From the NCBI GenBank assembly GCA_963796955.1, contig CAWCNJ010000008.1, forward strand, positions 160,001 to 224,000: DNA of 64,000 nucleotides, written 5' to 3'. Shown piece after piece: positions 60,776 to 64,000 of this stretch. A model generated the notes under the pieces. That model did not search any database. It was not told where the DNA came from and was given only the letters and a program-made list of their open reading frames with translations. Source of the stretch: Endomicrobiales bacterium (lineage in GTDB: Bacteria; Elusimicrobiota; Endomicrobiia; Endomicrobiales; JALOBY01). Every line of letters begins with the position of its first letter. Position 1 is the stretch's first letter. The position numbers and the translations under genes are program-made.

Positions 60776-61549
60776 CCAACAACTGGCGCTGGCAGTGGGA
60801 CAGGTTTTTTGACGATGCCGGTTTCGTCGATCAGGACCTGGCATTGTTCAAGCAATGGATCTACCCGAACACGATGGAAACATTCCGCGGGAAAACCGTG
60901 CTCGACTGCGGCTGCGGGCGGGGACAGCACATGGCATTTGTCGCCGTTCGCGCAACATGTCACAGGGCTGGACCTTAACACCGCTTCCGTGGCGAAGCGT
61001 TACATAACCAACCCTAACGTAGACACGATCGAAGGCGATCTCTCGACGATCACCCTGCCGCACCGATACGACATTGTTCACGCGATCGGCGTCCTGCAGC
61101 ATACCGACGATCCACCCAGGTCGTTCAATAATATAAAAAAACTGCTTAACCCCGGAGGGAGGCTCATCATATGGGTCTATTCCTACGAGGGCAATTTTTT
61201 AAACCGTATCCTTCTGGAACCGCTGAACCGGTACGTTGTCAGACACATTAACCGAAACATCCTGCTGGCGCTCGCGTGGTTAATGACCATTTTAATGTAT
61301 CTGCCGATCTTTACCATCTACCTGCTGCCGCTGCGCTTCCTTCCGTTCTACGACTATTTCAATAACTTCAGACATCTGACGCTGAAGCGGAATGTCCTGA
61401 ACGTTTTCGACAAACTTAACGCACCGCAAACTCATTTTATAAAACACGGCACAGTTGAACAGTGGTTCGATCCCGCAGAATTCACTGATACACATATAAG
61501 CTCCTACGTCGGCGTCAGCTGGCGCGCTTCCGGCACCTACAAGGGATAA
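60772..61549 (+). pseudogene. Class I SAM-dependent methyltransferase, split by one frameshift (may be an assembly error)
   Basis: MTNNWRWQW...VLDCGCGRG in one frame; PFAQHVTGLDL...GVLQH...LNPGG in the next; junction near 60943-46. Confidence 0.8.
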
Positions 61550-61552
61550 CCA

Positions 61553-62749
61553 ATGAAGATCAGTCAGATGAAGTTCCTTGATAAATACGCGGGCTACTTC
61601 GCATTGCGTATTATGACCGTTATGGGCAGGGTGCTCTTGCCGCGTGCCGCGAAAGAAAACGACCCGAAAACGTTTAAAAAAATATTGCTCATAAAATTTT
61701 GGGGTATGGGCAGCATACTGCTTTTGTCGCCAACGGTCAAGGAAATACGCAGACAGCTGCCGGCATCCAGATTGATCATGCTTTCGACGTCAAGGAACAG
61801 GGAAATATGCGAGTCGATCGGATTATTCGATGAGATACTGCTGCTTGAAGTCGATAAGGGATGGTTCACGTTCGCGAGAAGCCTCGGTGCTATCATTTAC
61901 AAACTCGCCCTGGCCCGGTATGACATGGTCATAGACTTTGAGTTCTTTACCCGGTTTTCGGCAATGATAACGTTCTTCACCTTCGCACGGCTGCGCATTG
62001 GTTACCACGCCTGGGAATCGTGGCGGGGGGATATTCACAATATTAAAGTGCCTTTCAACCGGTACTGGCACGTTATGGATAATTTTTTCAATCTGACGAA
62101 TTATTTCCTGCAGCCGGTCACCGCTGAATTGAGCATGGCAAAACCTTTTATTCCAGATTCGGACAAGGCGTATGTAGATTCCCTCCTGGCTGACCGTAAA
62201 ATAACGGACAAGATCATTTCGTTACATGTTAATGCCAGCGACCTGGTGATAGAACGCCGCTGGCCGTACGAGAATTTTATTTCTCTCAGTAAACGACTCT
62301 TGGACAGGTATCCTGATATTTCTCTTGCTTTTATCGGTTCAGAACCTGAAAAGGGATCTGTCAGCAAAATTATTTCAGCGATCGATAACGAACGGGCGGT
62401 AGATCTGGTCCCAAAACTTTCACTCAGGCAGCTTGCGTATCTTTTACAAAGATCGATCCTGGTGATAGCCAACGACAGCGGACCACTGCACCTGGCTGAA
62501 GCGATGGGAACGCCGACAGTCTCTTTTTTCGGTCCAGAAACACCTGTTATGTACGGGCCGAAAGGGACCGCTAATACCGTGCTTTTCCATAACATTGATT
62601 GCAGTCCCTGTATAAACGTTCATGACCGTAAGTCTGTGCACTGCAGATTTGAAAAACCGCGCTGCATAACCATGATCGGTATCGAGGAAGCCTTGAACGC
62701 GGTGCAACACAGGCTTTCCTCGGCGCTGAAAAGCGGTACGCCGTCATGA
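61553..62749 (+). CDS. Glycosyltransferase family 9 (ADP-heptose heptosyltransferase-like)
   Basis: ILLIKFWGMGS, RRWP, IANDSGPLHLAEAMGTPTVSFFGPE, CSPC. Confidence 0.88.
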   Translation: MKISQMKFLDKYAGYFALRIMTVMGRVLLPRAAKENDPKTFKKILLIKFWGMGSILLLSPTVKEIRRQLPASRLIMLSTSRNREICESIGLFDEILLLEVDKGWFTFARSLGAIIYKLALARYDMVIDFEFFTRFSAMITFFTFARLRIGYHAWESWRGDIHNIKVPFNRYWHVMDNFFNLTNYFLQPVTAELSMAKPFIPDSDKAYVDSLLADRKITDKIISLHVNASDLVIERRWPYENFISLSKRLLDRYPDISLAFIGSEPEKGSVSKIISAIDNERAVDLVPKLSLRQLAYLLQRSILVIANDSGPLHLAEAMGTPTVSFFGPETPVMYGPKGTANTVLFHNIDCSPCINVHDRKSVHCRFEKPRCITMIGIEEALNAVQHRLSSALKSGTPS

Positions 62750-64000
62750 AGAAAGTATTGTTATTGAACCCGCCGGGCAGACAACTGTATATCCGTGATT
62801 ATTATTGCAGCAAAGTTTCCCAGGCGAACTATATCCACCATCCTATCGATCTGATAGTTCTTTCGGGGATACTGGACAAACATTTTGAGTTATCTGTCAT
62901 AGATGCTATCGCCGGTGAAATGTCGGTAGAGAACACACTTGACACGGTCATGGCTATACGGCCCGAAGCCATTATAATGCTCATGGGGTCGGTAAGCCTT
63001 ACCGAGGACACCGCCTTTCTTCAGCGTTTGAGACAGCTGGAACCCGGAGCCGACATCATCTGTACCGGCGATATATTCCGGGAAAATGCGCCGAAATATT
63101 TGCAGGCAATGCCGCAGATAGATGCCGCACTGCTTGATTTCACGAGCCCTGAGATAATTGATCATTTGCAGGGTACGCTTCAGTCCGCTTCGTCCATCCT
63201 TTCCCGTGCCGGCGGATCTACGTTAACCGGCGCTCCGGACGCCCGGAAAGAATTCCTGTCCGGTATTCCCAGGCACGACCTGTTCGGCAGATATAACTAC
63301 CGCCATCCCTTTGTGCGTTCTAAACGGTTCGCCACAACGATCATAGATTTCGGCTGCCCCTTCCAATGCAGCTTTTGCATCATGAAAACCCTGCCGTACC
63401 GCACGCGTCCGGTTGAATCCGTCATCAGTGAATTTAAGTTCATCAAAACGCTCGGCATAAGCGAAGTATTGTTCGACACGCAGACCTTCGGGGCCAACAA
63501 ACTGCATGCCAGTGAATTATGCAGACGCATGATAGAAGAGGATCTTAAGATCGGCTGGACTTGTTTTTCGCGCGTTGACCTTACGACGCCGGAAATACTG
63601 GACGTTATGAAGCGCGCAGGATGCCACACGGTAATGTACGGCGTTGAGTCCGGCTCTGAGCATATACTTGAGCACTACCATAAGGGATATACTACTGAAC
63701 AAGTCCACACCGCTATAGACCATGCCAGTTCTATAGGCCTGGAGACCGTTGGTACATTTATTCTTGGCTTGCCCGAGGAAAGTAAAGACACTATGGAGGA
63801 AACACTGGCTACGCTTCGCCGTATCAAACTTGATTTCGCTTCCTTTAACGTGGCGGTGCCGCGCGCGGGAACTCAGTTAAGGAAAGAAGCTATCGAGCTT
63901 GGGTTCATAACTGAAGACTTTAATGAGATGGACCAGTCCGGCACGAACGTTGCCATGCCGACAAAAACCCTTTCCCGCGATGACATCAAATGGTTCAGAC
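62746..64000 (+). CDS. B12-binding radical SAM enzyme, 3' end runs off window
   Basis: Manual translation: MKKVLLLNPPG...YIHHPIDL...GCPFQCSFC...SRVD...GVESG...FILGLPEE; open to the window end, so absent from the ORF track. Confidence 0.88.
   Translation, partial: MKKVLLLNPPGRQLYIRDYYCSKVSQANYIHHPIDLIVLSGILDKHFELSVIDAIAGEMSVENTLDTVMAIRPEAIIMLMGSVSLTEDTAFLQRLRQLEPGADIICTGDIFRENAPKYLQAMPQIDAALLDFTSPEIIDHLQGTLQSASSILSRAGGSTLTGAPDARKEFLSGIPRHDLFGRYNYRHPFVRSKRFATTIIDFGCPFQCSFCIMKTLPYRTRPVESVISEFKFIKTLGISEVLFDTQTFGANKLHASELCRRMIEEDLKIGWTCFSRVDLTTPEILDVMKRAGCHTVMYGVESGSEHILEHYHKGYTTEQVHTAIDHASSIGLETVGTFILGLPEESKDTMEETLATLRRIKLDFASFNVAVPRAGTQLRKEAIELGFITEDFNEMDQSGTNVAMPTKTLSRDDIKWFR

Noticed and set aside
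394..63723. Many short or antisense ORFs in the six-frame track (e.g. 4543-5451, 18449-19060, 29826-30554, 44746-45588)
   Set aside because: They are shadows of well-supported genes on the opposite strand or frame, with no recognisable motifs or SDs.
1..64000. tRNA, rRNA, CRISPR arrays, IS elements, integrases or prophage genes
   Set aside because: Intergenic gaps are all about 125 bp or less and show no cloverleaf, repeat-spacer or transposase signatures.

Overview
Ordinary-code bacterial chromosome segment from a diderm (LPS-containing) organism. The gene order and pilin sequence suggest Elusimicrobiota, but this is an inference and was not tested. All calls come from motif recognition by eye; no searches were run. 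There are three blocks. (1) 1-24.7 kb is an envelope-biogenesis superoperon: response regulator 3' end, lysS, lolC/E-lolD, ilvE, clpC, tamB, bamA, skp, lpxD-lpxC-fabZ-lpxA-lpxI, DegT aminotransferase plus Gfo/Idh/MocA oxidoreductase (GnnB/GnnA-like), lpxB, msbA and a PorV/FadL-like barrel. (2) 24.8-37.9 kb holds rpmB, recG, coaD and a type IVa pilus locus (pilB-like, pilT, pilC, pilA, pilD, pilMNOPQ). (3) 38-64 kb is a large glycosylation/tailoring island with 7 GT-C-fold membrane transferases, 2 GT2, 2 GT4, 1 GT9, 2 flippase-like genes, AsnB, 3 class I methyltransferases and 2 B12-binding radical SAM enzymes. The most notable signals are these. The locus PilB has an intact MshEN c-di-GMP motif but eroded catalytic motifs, making it a candidate pseudo-ATPase. 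The GT-C island adjoining the pilus genes has a twice-repeated module. Exported proteins carry Ser/Thr-rich inserts and a recurring [VIYF]-S-[ST]-x-T motif that could be glycan acceptors. Several operon-first genes look leaderless or SD-less. Four frameshifts cluster at 54.8-61 kb. No RNA genes, CRISPR arrays or mobile elements were seen.
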